From contig CALRAJ010000002.1 of NCBI GenBank assembly GCA_943350765.1, forward strand, positions 72,951-136,950: a stretch of 64,000 nt of DNA, in the 5' to 3' direction. Both the position numbers and the translations under genes were made by a program. The notes under the pieces are model-generated. The model had not been told where the DNA came from and ran no database searches. It saw nothing but the letters and a program-made list of their open reading frames with translations. Each line of letters opens with the position of its first letter. Positions within the stretch are counted from its first letter, which is position 1. This document shows positions 50,907 to 59,737 of the stretch, piece by piece. The stretch is from Candidatus Tayloriibacteriota bacterium. GTDB taxonomy: Bacteria; Patescibacteriota; Minisyncoccia; Phycocordibacterales; PALSA-1337.

Positions 50907-53402
50907 ATGGCAAAGGAAAAAGATGACAAAATAGTCCCTGAAAATGAGGGGGTAGTACCCGAAGCTGTCCGTGGAGTGGTCAATAGAAATATCACTACCG
51001 AAATGCGTGAGTCGTACCTAGACTACGCCATGTCGGTGATCACTTCTCGTGCTTTGCCCGATGTCAGAGATGGTCTAAAGCCCGTGCATCGACGCATACT
51101 TTTTGCGATGAATGAAATGGGTCTCACTTCGTCGTCGCGTTTTCGAAAGTCAGCAACTGTAGTGGGAGAAGTACTAGGTAAATACCACCCACACGGTGAT
51201 GTAGCTGTATACGAGTCCATGGTCAAAATGGCTCAGACTTTTTCTTTTAGATATCCACTTATACTCGGTCAGGGAAACTTCGGCTCTATAGACGGAGACG
51301 GTGCTGCAGCACACAGATATACTGAGGCAAAGATGTCTCGACTTTCCAGCGAGCTTCTAAAAGATATCGAAAAAGATACGGTAGATTTTCGACCAAACTA
51401 CGATAATACCAAAAAAGAGCCGACCGTACTTCCTTCAGCTGTACCCGCTCTGCTTTTAAACGGTACTCTCGGTATTGCTGTCGGTATGGCAACAAATATC
51501 CCTCCCCACAATCTAAAAGAAGTGGTAGATGCGACTATCCACATGATTGAAAACAAAGACGCATCTACGGAAGATTTATTACAGTTTATAAAAGGTCCAG
51601 ATTTCCCAACAGGTGCTGTGATCTATGGCGAAAAAGACATTCAGCACGCCTACTCGACAGGTCGTGGAGGTATTGTCGTGCGTGGCGAGGCAGAGGTTAT
51701 TGAAGACAAAAAGGAAAACTTTCAAATCATCATTACTTCTATTCCTTATCGTGTAAACAAAGCCGAGCTGATTATGCGTATTGCTGACCTAGTACGAGAA
51801 AAGGAAATCGACGGTATCAAGGGACTTAGAGATGAGTCTAGCAAAGACATTCGCATCGTAATCGACCTAAAAGGTGGGGCGCATCCACAAAAAGTTTTAA
51901 ACTATATCTACAAACACACCCAGCTCGAGGAAAAGTTTCACCTCAATGTAGTGGCACTTGTTGATGGTGTACCAAAAACGCTTTCACTCAAATCAATACT
52001 AGAGGAGTTTGTATCCCATCGAGTGATCGTGGTTCGTCGTCGTACCCAGTTTGATTTAAACAAAGCCGAGGAGAGGGAGCACATTTTACTTGGTTTGAAA
52101 AAGGCACTAGACCATATCGATGCTATTATCAAGCTTATCCGTGCATCCAAAGACGCTCCAGAGGCTCATAAAAATCTGATGAAGGAGTTCAAGTTTTCAG
52201 ACAAACAAGCTACTGCTATCCTAGAAATGCGTTTGCAAAAGCTGGCTGGACTTGAGCGTAAAAAGATTGAGGACGAGCTAATAGAAGTGCAAGCTCTGAT
52301 TATCGCACTCAAGGAGATCCTAGGTAGTCCTAAAAAGATTTTAAGTATTATCAAAGACGAGCTTCGGGAGATCGCTACCAAATACGGTGATGATAGACGC
52401 ACAAAGGTAGTCAAGAGAGGTGTGCAGGCGATGTCTGATGAGGATCTTATACCCGATGTTGACTCAGTGCTAGTTTTGACCTCGGGTGGATATATCAAAC
52501 GCACTGCCCCAGAGGAATATCGCAGACAAAAGCGTGGGGGAGTAGGTGTGGTTGATCTGGATACAAAAGAGGAGGATTTTATTACTCATATTGTCAATGC
52601 CAACACTCACGCCGATCTACTTTTCTTTACAAACAAAGGCAAGGCGTACCAGATCAAAATGCACGAAATTCCCGAAGGGAAACGCGCTACCAAAGGCAAG
52701 TCAGTAGTAAACTTTATTCAAATCACTGATGATGAGCGGGTTACCTCTATCTTGCCGATGTCAAAAGAGGTAAAGAAAAGCGGACTAAGCCTCTTTATGG
52801 TTACTAAAAATGGTGTAGGTAAAAAGGTAAATGCTGAGTCTTTCCATGATGTTCGACGAAGTGGTCTGATAGCTATCGGTCTCGACTCAGGAGATAGTCT
52901 GGTCTCAGTGCGGTTTGTGGAAAAAGGTGATGATCTAGTGCTGGCTTCGAGTGAGGGTCAATCTATTCGTTTCAAGGAGTCTGATATTCGAGAGATGGGT
53001 CGTACTGCTATGGGTGTGATCGCGATGCGACTGGAAAAGGATGATATGGTGATTGGAGCCGAAGTGGTCAAAAAGGACATGAAAAATCCAGCCCTACTGG
53101 TAATCATGGCCAACGGCTATGGTAAGCAGACTGAGCTTTCTGAATACAAGACCCAAAAGCGTGGTGGCTCTGGTGTGCTGACTGCAAAGATAACCAGTAA
53201 AACAGGAAAAGTTATCACTTCTAGTGTGGTAGAAAGCGGGGAGTCTGTCGAGGAAGTGGCGGAGCTGGTGGCTATTTCAAAAAAGAGTCAGGTGATTCGT
53301 TGTGATATAAAGGAGATACCAGTCCTAGGTCGTCAGACTCAAGGTGTGCGTATTATGCGACTTCGAGAAGGGGATTCTCTAGCGAGTGCGGTGTGTCTGT
53401 AA
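50907..53402 (+). CDS. gyrA: DNA gyrase subunit A
   Basis: YHPHGD, AAHRYTE, GyrA-box QKRGGVG. Confidence 0.97.
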   Translation: MAKEKDDKIVPENEGVVPEAVRGVVNRNITTEMRESYLDYAMSVITSRALPDVRDGLKPVHRRILFAMNEMGLTSSSRFRKSATVVGEVLGKYHPHGDVAVYESMVKMAQTFSFRYPLILGQGNFGSIDGDGAAAHRYTEAKMSRLSSELLKDIEKDTVDFRPNYDNTKKEPTVLPSAVPALLLNGTLGIAVGMATNIPPHNLKEVVDATIHMIENKDASTEDLLQFIKGPDFPTGAVIYGEKDIQHAYSTGRGGIVVRGEAEVIEDKKENFQIIITSIPYRVNKAELIMRIADLVREKEIDGIKGLRDESSKDIRIVIDLKGGAHPQKVLNYIYKHTQLEEKFHLNVVALVDGVPKTLSLKSILEEFVSHRVIVVRRRTQFDLNKAEEREHILLGLKKALDHIDAIIKLIRASKDAPEAHKNLMKEFKFSDKQATAILEMRLQKLAGLERKKIEDELIEVQALIIALKEILGSPKKILSIIKDELREIATKYGDDRRTKVVKRGVQAMSDEDLIPDVDSVLVLTSGGYIKRTAPEEYRRQKRGGVGVVDLDTKEEDFITHIVNANTHADLLFFTNKGKAYQIKMHEIPEGKRATKGKSVVNFIQITDDERVTSILPMSKEVKKSGLSLFMVTKNGVGKKVNAESFHDVRRSGLIAIGLDSGDSLVSVRFVEKGDDLVLASSEGQSIRFKESDIREMGRTAMGVIAMRLEKDDMVIGAEVVKKDMKNPALLVIMANGYGKQTELSEYKTQKRGGSGVLTAKITSKTGKVITSSVVESGESVEEVAELVAISKKSQVIRCDIKEIPVLGRQTQGVRIMRLREGDSLASAVCL

Positions 53403-53405
53403 TAG

Positions 53406-53531
53406 ATTAAAATACCTTTCTGGGTATATTTTTTTGAAAGCACGAGTATTTTTCTGGTGAAAAATCTCTCAAGTCTCAGCTACCCGCTTCCGAAGTCTTT
53501 CAAAAAGATATACCCAGAAAGGTATTTTAAT
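53406..53531. mobile_element. Family B MITE-like element, copy 5
   Basis: Shared core; symmetrised arms TTAAAATACCTTTCTGGGTATAT/ATATACCCAGAAAGGTATTTTAA. Confidence 0.82.
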
Positions 53532-53618
53532 TCGGTATAAATTAAGTTTTATCTATATGTCTTTTCAGAAATATAGTCTCCAGCAAAGGCATATTTTGAC
53601 TTGATTGCTTATGTGGTA

Positions 53619-53764
53619 TACCCCAAATTACGAAATACTGTCGCAGGCGTATCTTTTAATGGGGGTTCGCAGGCGGGTAGCCGAGATTTCAGGAATTTTC
53701 TACCAAGAAAATATCCGTACCCTTTAAAAGATATACCCAGAAAGGTATTTCGTAATTTGGGGTA
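53619..53764. mobile_element. Family B MITE-like element, copy 6
   Basis: TACCCCAAATTACGAAATAC...GTATTTCGTAATTTGGGGTA perfect 20-bp TIR. Confidence 0.88.
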
Positions 53765-53900
53765 TTAATGAGAAAAATATCATTTATTAGAGGCATATTT
53801 TACCTCAACGGCTCAATGCTTTTATCCTAAAAGCATTGAGCCGTTGCCTTCTCCACAGGTGCTATTTGGTATACAGTGGTCACTACTGTATAATATAAGT

Positions 53901-54416
53901 ATGTTTTCAAACCCAGAACATAATGTTGATCAGTTTGACATATATCCTGGCATGTCTATCGCAGACTTTGGTGCGGGGTCTGGATACTATACTATTGCTG
54001 GGGCAAAAGCAGTGGGTGGATCAGGTAGGGTCTACGCGATAGAAGTCCAAAAAGATTTGCTAGAGAAAATCAAATCACAGGCGACACATCAACATCTACA
54101 AAATATCGAGTACATCTGGGGAGATATCGAAAAGCTCGGTGGTACTCGTATAAAAGATGCGTCTATCGATCGTGTGATCGCTTCCAATGTCCTATTTCAG
54201 CTCCATGACAAAAAGTCTTTTTGTAATGAGATAAAGAGAGTGCTCAAGCCTGGTGGCAAGGCACTCTGTATTGATTGGTCGGATACCAGCCCGCTCGGTC
54301 CACAGTCTCTCATAACCACAGAGACAGCAAAGGAGCTTTTTCATTCGGCGGGTTTTGCATTTAGTTCATCAATAAATGCGGGAGATCATCATTATGGGCT
54401 TATTTTTATAAAATAA
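53901..54416 (+). CDS. Class I SAM-dependent methyltransferase
   Basis: IADFGAGSG, RVLKPGG. Confidence 0.88.
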   Translation: MFSNPEHNVDQFDIYPGMSIADFGAGSGYYTIAGAKAVGGSGRVYAIEVQKDLLEKIKSQATHQHLQNIEYIWGDIEKLGGTRIKDASIDRVIASNVLFQLHDKKSFCNEIKRVLKPGGKALCIDWSDTSPLGPQSLITTETAKELFHSAGFAFSSSINAGDHHYGLIFIK

Positions 54417-55705
54417 TGAAAGCTTTTCAAACAATTTTACTTGGTATATTTATTTTTTTTATTATTGTCGGTGTAGCATTGTTTGCAACCATGAAAAGCA
54501 AATCCTCAGGTGATGAGCTAGCACCCATAGTTCTCTGGGGTACGGTATCATCTGAGATATTTGAGCAATATCTGAGCAAATTAAATCTATCGCAAGAGCA
54601 AGAGTTAAATGTAACTTATATAGAAAAGCGTGCGGAGTCATTTGATCGAGAGTATATCGAGGCACTCGCTCGTGGCTATGGTCCAGATGCTATCTTGCTT
54701 CCACAAGATTTGATTTTGCGACATTGGGATACTATTTTACCTGTACCGTACGAGGCTTTTACGGAGAGGGATTTCAAGGATACTTTTATACCTGAGGGGG
54801 AGATGTACTTGACTTCAGCGGGGATATTGGCGTTTCCGTTTAGTATTGACCCACTTGTGATGTATTGGAATAGGGATAGCTTTACCAATGCGGGACTGCC
54901 TACTTACCCAAAGACATGGGCGGATATCAGCAATCTCACCAAATCATTGACCAGTCGAGATGTTTCTTCAAATGTCAGCAGTAGTGCTGTGGCACTTGGA
55001 GAATTTAAAAATATAAATCACGCCAAGGAGATTTTGAGCGCTTTGATCATGCAGGCAGGCAATCCTATCGTGACTATTGACTCACAGAATACAATAAACA
55101 ATCTACTCGCCGATAGGCTGGGCTATGCGGTATCGCCGACAGAGACAGCCCTCTCCTTTTATACCAAGTTTTCAAATCCTGTTGATCCTCTTTATTCATG
55201 GAATAAGTCTCTCTCGTCGTCTAAAAACTCATTCTTGAGTGGCAAGCTCGCTACCTATTTTGGTTTCGCATCGGAGTTGGCAGATATCAGAAATAAAAAC
55301 CCAAACATAAACTTTGATGTAGCACTCTTACCCCAAGCGTTGAATGCTAAAAATAGAGTAACTTTTGGTACCATGCTCGGTCTGGCTATTGCAAAAAGTA
55401 CTGGCGATAGTACCAACACCTTCGCCGTAATATCAAGTCTTTTTACACAGTCATCTATTGCTATATGGGCGGATACCACAAAACTTCCGCCTGTTCGTAG
55501 AGATCTATTGCTCACACGCCCACAAGATCCCTACCTTTCGGTATTTTATGATTCGGCACTTATCTCAAAGGCGTGGTTAGATCCACGGCGAGAGCAGACC
55601 GATACTATTTTCCAAAATATGGTCGAATCGGTCATTAGTGGTAGGAGTCGTGCGTCTGAGGCAGTGAGTACCGCAGGTCAGCAGATGGATAATCTCTTAG
55701 AATAG
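54416..55705 (+). CDS. Extracellular solute-binding-like protein (sugar type), no adjacent permease
   Basis: N-terminal TM, GPD, PLVMYWNRD, PKTW, FLSGK. Confidence 0.8.
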   Translation: MKAFQTILLGIFIFFIIVGVALFATMKSKSSGDELAPIVLWGTVSSEIFEQYLSKLNLSQEQELNVTYIEKRAESFDREYIEALARGYGPDAILLPQDLILRHWDTILPVPYEAFTERDFKDTFIPEGEMYLTSAGILAFPFSIDPLVMYWNRDSFTNAGLPTYPKTWADISNLTKSLTSRDVSSNVSSSAVALGEFKNINHAKEILSALIMQAGNPIVTIDSQNTINNLLADRLGYAVSPTETALSFYTKFSNPVDPLYSWNKSLSSSKNSFLSGKLATYFGFASELADIRNKNPNINFDVALLPQALNAKNRVTFGTMLGLAIAKSTGDSTNTFAVISSLFTQSSIAIWADTTKLPPVRRDLLLTRPQDPYLSVFYDSALISKAWLDPRREQTDTIFQNMVESVISGRSRASEAVSTAGQQMDNLLE

Positions 55706-55711
55706 CTATAT

Positions 55712-56161
55712 ATGTCATTTTTTTCACTTACGGATTCTCAAAAAAGACTTTGGCGAGGGGGAGTGACTTTTTGTCTGGCACTTTTTCTATTACTTGCCCC
55801 AGTACTTGTTTTACACGCTCAGGTTACAAGTGGTACTGGACTGGTGCCGTGTGATGGTCCTAGGTCGGTGGCTGGGTCTGATGCTCGTACCTGCAACTTT
55901 CAGACTTTGATCAAAGGTCTGGAGGAGATTATAAAATGGATGTTTATTATCGCTATTCCACTTTCACTTGTTTCCTTTGCCTACGCTGGTATTCTTTTTA
56001 TGTCAGGCAAAGAGGCAAATATCAGCACGGGCAAGGAGATATTTACAAAGGTCATCTGGGGACTAGTCTTTATGGCGGGTGGCTGGCTACTCGTCCATAC
56101 TATTGTCGGTGGTCTACTTGATCCAGATAAGGGTTTTCGACCTTATTTCTTTGGTATATAA
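55712..56161 (+). CDS. VirB2/TrbC-like (T4SS-type) pilin
   Basis: Signal peptide, GLVPC...C, YAGILFM, GKEIFTKVIWGLV. Confidence 0.78.
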   Translation: MSFFSLTDSQKRLWRGGVTFCLALFLLLAPVLVLHAQVTSGTGLVPCDGPRSVAGSDARTCNFQTLIKGLEEIIKWMFIIAIPLSLVSFAYAGILFMSGKEANISTGKEIFTKVIWGLVFMAGGWLLVHTIVGGLLDPDKGFRPYFFGI

Positions 56162-56168
56162 TATCTTT

Positions 56169-56543
56169 ATGATAGCAAAAATGACACAAAAATATAAAAG
56201 TATGCTAGTGGCAGGGTTTGTCATGATGGTGCTGGTGTCTGTGGGTATTGTCTCCGCGGCACCCGGCGATGGCTCGGCTGGTGTGACCAATCCTATCAAA
56301 GCCAATACTATCCAAGACCTTATTTTTCAGCTGGCAGATATTGTGCTGACCATAGCGGTGCCTGTATCGGCGATATTGCTTATATATTCTGGGTTCCTTT
56401 TTGTAATGGCGAGGGGCAATGAGTCTGAGGTAACCAAAGCAAAAGAAACATTTCTGTGGACTGTGGTCGGTATAGCAGTACTTTTTGGAGCTCGCTTCTT
56501 GTCAGAGATAGTTCGTGGTACAATAAATCAATTAAAAGGATAA
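56169..56543 (+). CDS. VirB2/TrbC-like pilin
   Basis: NPI, IYSGFLFVMARGN, KAKETFLWTVVG. Confidence 0.8.
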   Translation: MIAKMTQKYKSMLVAGFVMMVLVSVGIVSAAPGDGSAGVTNPIKANTIQDLIFQLADIVLTIAVPVSAILLIYSGFLFVMARGNESEVTKAKETFLWTVVGIAVLFGARFLSEIVRGTINQLKG

Positions 56544-56559
56544 TTATTATTTAGCATAT

Positions 56560-57006
56560 ATGCAAAAATGTATAATGTTTCTAGGTCGTATGGGTGTTGT
56601 TTTAGGAGCTACTTTACCAGTGTTTGCTTTGGCTCAGGAGAGAATAAGTACATTTGAGGGTTTGGTAAACAAGTTTATCAATATAATACAACTGGTTGTA
56701 CCGCTCATCTTTGCTATCGCTCTGGTGGCTTTTCTCTGGGGGATTTTTCAGTACTTCTTCTCTGGAGAGGAGAAGAAGGAGGAGGCAAAGAGTTTTTTAC
56801 TCTATAGTCTCATCGGACTTTTTGTGATGGTTTCTGTGTGGGGTTTGGTAAGAGTTTTGACAGGCACTTTTGTTTTGGATACTACTATACCAGATTATCC
56901 GTCATTGAGGGGTGGGGGAGGGAGTGGTACTCAGCCCATTAATTATGTAAACCCAGGTACAGATTTATTTCCTGGCGGTGCGGGACTACAAATAAGACCT
57001 AATTAA
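56560..57006 (+). CDS. VirB2/TrbC-like pilin
   Basis: FLWGIFQY...EAKSFLLYSLIGLFVMVSVWGLV. Confidence 0.8.
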   Translation: MQKCIMFLGRMGVVLGATLPVFALAQERISTFEGLVNKFINIIQLVVPLIFAIALVAFLWGIFQYFFSGEEKKEEAKSFLLYSLIGLFVMVSVWGLVRVLTGTFVLDTTIPDYPSLRGGGGSGTQPINYVNPGTDLFPGGAGLQIRPN

Positions 57007-57156
57007 CGACAACTTAAATTAAAAGTGTATTTATAATTGTTTGGCACATCTTATCCACAGTTATATTTGTAGACTTATTTAAATGTGATAGTATTAGTAT
57101 ATAGACCTCGTGTCCCATTATTAGAAATTATTATTAAGAAGTAAAATATACATATT

Positions 57157-57543
57157 ATGAAAAAAGCGTTACTAGCCATTTCAGCGTTTGCACTTCCAGT
57201 ATTTGCGTTTGCAGCTACAGCACAATCATTCAATACTCTTCTAGTAAAGTTTAATAGCATTCTAAACGCTATTATCCCATTTATTATTGCTATCGCAGTT
57301 GTATTTTTCATCTGGGGAGTATTTCAGTACATGATTGCAGGAGATGAGGACAAGAAGAAGGAGGCAAAGGGTATGATTTTATACGGTATTATCGGTATTT
57401 TTGTGATGGTTTCAGTATATGGATTGGTAAATATCCTAGTCAGAACACTTGATTTGGAAAATAGTATTATACCAGGCACGATTCCAACAGTTCCAACGAG
57501 GGCAAATAACAGTGGAGCTAGTAATACTCAGTTAGGTGCCTAA
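57157..57543 (+). CDS. VirB2/TrbC-like pilin
   Basis: FIWGVFQY...EAKGMILYGIIGIFVMVSVYGLV; close paralog of the previous gene. Confidence 0.8.
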   Translation: MKKALLAISAFALPVFAFAATAQSFNTLLVKFNSILNAIIPFIIAIAVVFFIWGVFQYMIAGDEDKKKEAKGMILYGIIGIFVMVSVYGLVNILVRTLDLENSIIPGTIPTVPTRANNSGASNTQLGA

Positions 57544-57573
57544 TAGCTAATAGATAAAGCAATAAGTATAAAA

Positions 57574-57855
57574 ATGTTTGGAAAGTTTATCTCTGTAGCT
57601 GAAGCCAGTGCCGTATCTGACATGATGGGTCGGGTCAATGTTGCGATACTCAACCCCATCATGAAGCTTTTGTTTGCTCTAGCCTTTCTCTATTTTCTAT
57701 ATGGTGTCGCAGTGTACTATTTAAATCCGCTGGATACAGAAAAAAGAGCAGAGGGCGGGCAACATATTCTCTGGGGACTGGTCGGGCTGTTTATAATGTT
57801 TTCCGTGTACGGTATCATCAGACTAGTTTTGGGAACATTCGGGATTCAGTATTAG
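57574..57855 (+). CDS. VirB2/TrbC-like pilin
   Basis: FLYGVAVY...GGQHILWGLVGLFIMFSVYGII. Confidence 0.78.
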   Translation: MFGKFISVAEASAVSDMMGRVNVAILNPIMKLLFALAFLYFLYGVAVYYLNPLDTEKRAEGGQHILWGLVGLFIMFSVYGIIRLVLGTFGIQY

Positions 57856-57998
57856 GTTTGTCGGGTAGGTAGAATAAAAAACAAAAAGCTTTTATCATAT
57901 GATAGAAGCTTTTTGTTTTTAAATTTTGAATAAATAAAAAAGAAAAGCCGGGGTTTGAGATGTGATCTCAAATTACCCGGCTTTGTTGTTTGAACCGT

Positions 57999-58640
57999 TT
58001 AGATTGCCTTGAAGGCAATCTCGAACTGCACTGGCTCGCTCGCAGTAAAGCGTATCGCCCTTGGTAAGGCTTTTTCGCCTTCTCGCCTCGGGTGCCAGAC
58101 CTCACTACTGTCCTGCCACTCGATCTTCACACTGTTTGGCACATCCGCCACGATCCTGCGAAGGAGAGGGACCGTCTTGACGATGACCTGCCCAGCCTTC
58201 ATCGTGATGGTTTCTGACAGGTACTGACCATGTGCCATCCCGTTGCTGGGTACCGTTGTGTAGGTGACTGGTCCGGTGTTTACAGTGCCACCAACGCTCA
58301 CTACGGCGCTGTCGTTTGCGAGGATGGATGTCACTGAACCATCGGTTGCAACCGGGCTGTTGGTCGAGACACCTTCAGCCTTTGTGATAGGTGCAGGAGC
58401 TTTGGGCTCCTCGTTGGTCGAGGCTTGGGGCGGAGGTGTGGTGGATATAGACGGGGTTGCATTCTGAGCCATAACCCCAATTTTGCTACCCCACTTCAGC
58501 CAGCATCCACCACTCACAAGTGCCACCATCATCATGCTGATCAGGATGACTCGCCACCAGTTGGCGGGTACTGCGGGCTGGGCTGCCTGGGCGGGTACAG
58601 CCTCTTTTGCTCCGCTTAGCAATTTCCAAATGAATTTCAT
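57999..58640 (-). CDS. GC-rich single-TM orphan protein
   Basis: GAGG SD, ~160 nt structured leader, terminator at ~57940-57984. Confidence 0.72.
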   Translation of the reverse strand: MKFIWKLLSGAKEAVPAQAAQPAVPANWWRVILISMMMVALVSGGCWLKWGSKIGVMAQNATPSISTTPPPQASTNEEPKAPAPITKAEGVSTNSPVATDGSVTSILANDSAVVSVGGTVNTGPVTYTTVPSNGMAHGQYLSETITMKAGQVIVKTVPLLRRIVADVPNSVKIEWQDSSEVWHPRREGEKALPRAIRFTASEPVQFEIAFKAI

Positions 58641-58806
58641 AGATTTCCTCTTGTTTGATTTCTTCCAACACCACCCACAATGGGTAGTCCCTCACACTGT
58701 TTGCGTATTGTTCACAGATAGAGGAGAGGGGAGGCTTTGTGAAGTATCACCTCTTCTCTATCTGTGTTGTTTTGTGCCAAAGAGCTAAAATCTATCCTCT
58801 CATACC

Positions 58807-58836
58807 ATTATAGCATACTATATACCTACTTGTCAA
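58807..58836 (-). promoter_or_regulatory. Consensus sigma70 promoter
   Basis: TTGACA-18-TATAAT with extended -10 TG. Confidence 0.8.
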
Positions 58837-58979
58837 GCGTTTATATATAATATGGCTTAGTTGAGCCAGAAAGATTGTTTTCACGATAAGTGGAGATGTT
58901 CGATTTTTGCTTATGATCTAAATAAAATAAAAAGCCATCATTTGAGATGGCGACAACTAGTAAGGTGTGGTATTTCGGT

Positions 58980-59360
58980 TTAGGCAACCTCAGCTTCGAC
59001 ACCCTGTATCTTGTCTGGTATAGCCTGTGCCACGATGTGAAATAGGCTGTCCCATGTAGACACCGTTCGTAAAAATAAGGGATGCAAAGAAGAATCATCC
59101 GAGTCAATACTTGTCAGAATTACTGGTGTTTCTGGAGCATTTACGGCTAGCCAGTCAATCAGATCAGTGTTAGAGGGGTGGTCGCAGATCGCAAGGTCAA
59201 AATCAACACCACAGAGGATTTTATCCTTAGCACTACTACCGTGCTCGAAAGTAGTAACTGTGGCACCAAAACTCTCAAGCGCCTCCCTGAGTGCATACCC
59301 AAGGTTACCATTAGCATTTACCACGACCACCCGTGTTCCGCCATTTAATTTTTTTGCCAT
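58980..59360 (-). CDS. Degenerate response-regulator receiver-like protein
   Basis: RVVVVN...LREALESFG..V...FDLAICD...PETPVILTS; acidic pair and KP motif absent. Confidence 0.65.
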   Translation of the reverse strand: MAKKLNGGTRVVVVNANGNLGYALREALESFGATVTTFEHGSSAKDKILCGVDFDLAICDHPSNTDLIDWLAVNAPETPVILTSIDSDDSSLHPLFLRTVSTWDSLFHIVAQAIPDKIQGVEAEVA

Positions 59361-59737
59361 ACCTCACCCTTTGTTTTTTTGTTTTCTACCCTGTACCGAC
59401 TAATAGTAAATCATATAGGTGGAGGTCATGCAAGGATTAGTCGTGGGTGGGAGAGGGAGAGGAAGAGGAATCTTTCCCCTTACAGGGGCAGTATCCCGAT
59501 TGGGTTTTTTATTTGCGAGTACGCTTTACAAAACCTCAATCGGGCTTCAAGTCCTCTCCGCAAGTCGAACACAGAGCGGGAGAGGAGTCTTTTTCCTTAC
59601 AGGAACGGTTACCGTCGCTGGACTTTTTTTTGCTTGATTACAAGCTCAAAAAAGTGCTCAGCGAGGCTTCAAGTCCTCTCCGCAAAGCGTTCCACGCTTT
59701 GCTCCCGGCACAAAAAAATCCCTTTCGGGATTTTTGA

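Noticed and set aside
36201-57059. Replication origin
   Set aside because: DnaA boxes are isolated and kilobases apart, with no cluster, DUE or dnaA/dnaN nearby.
59451-59711. CRISPR array
   Set aside because: Only two to three imperfect units, tRNA-derived borders, palindromic interiors, and no cas genes in the window.
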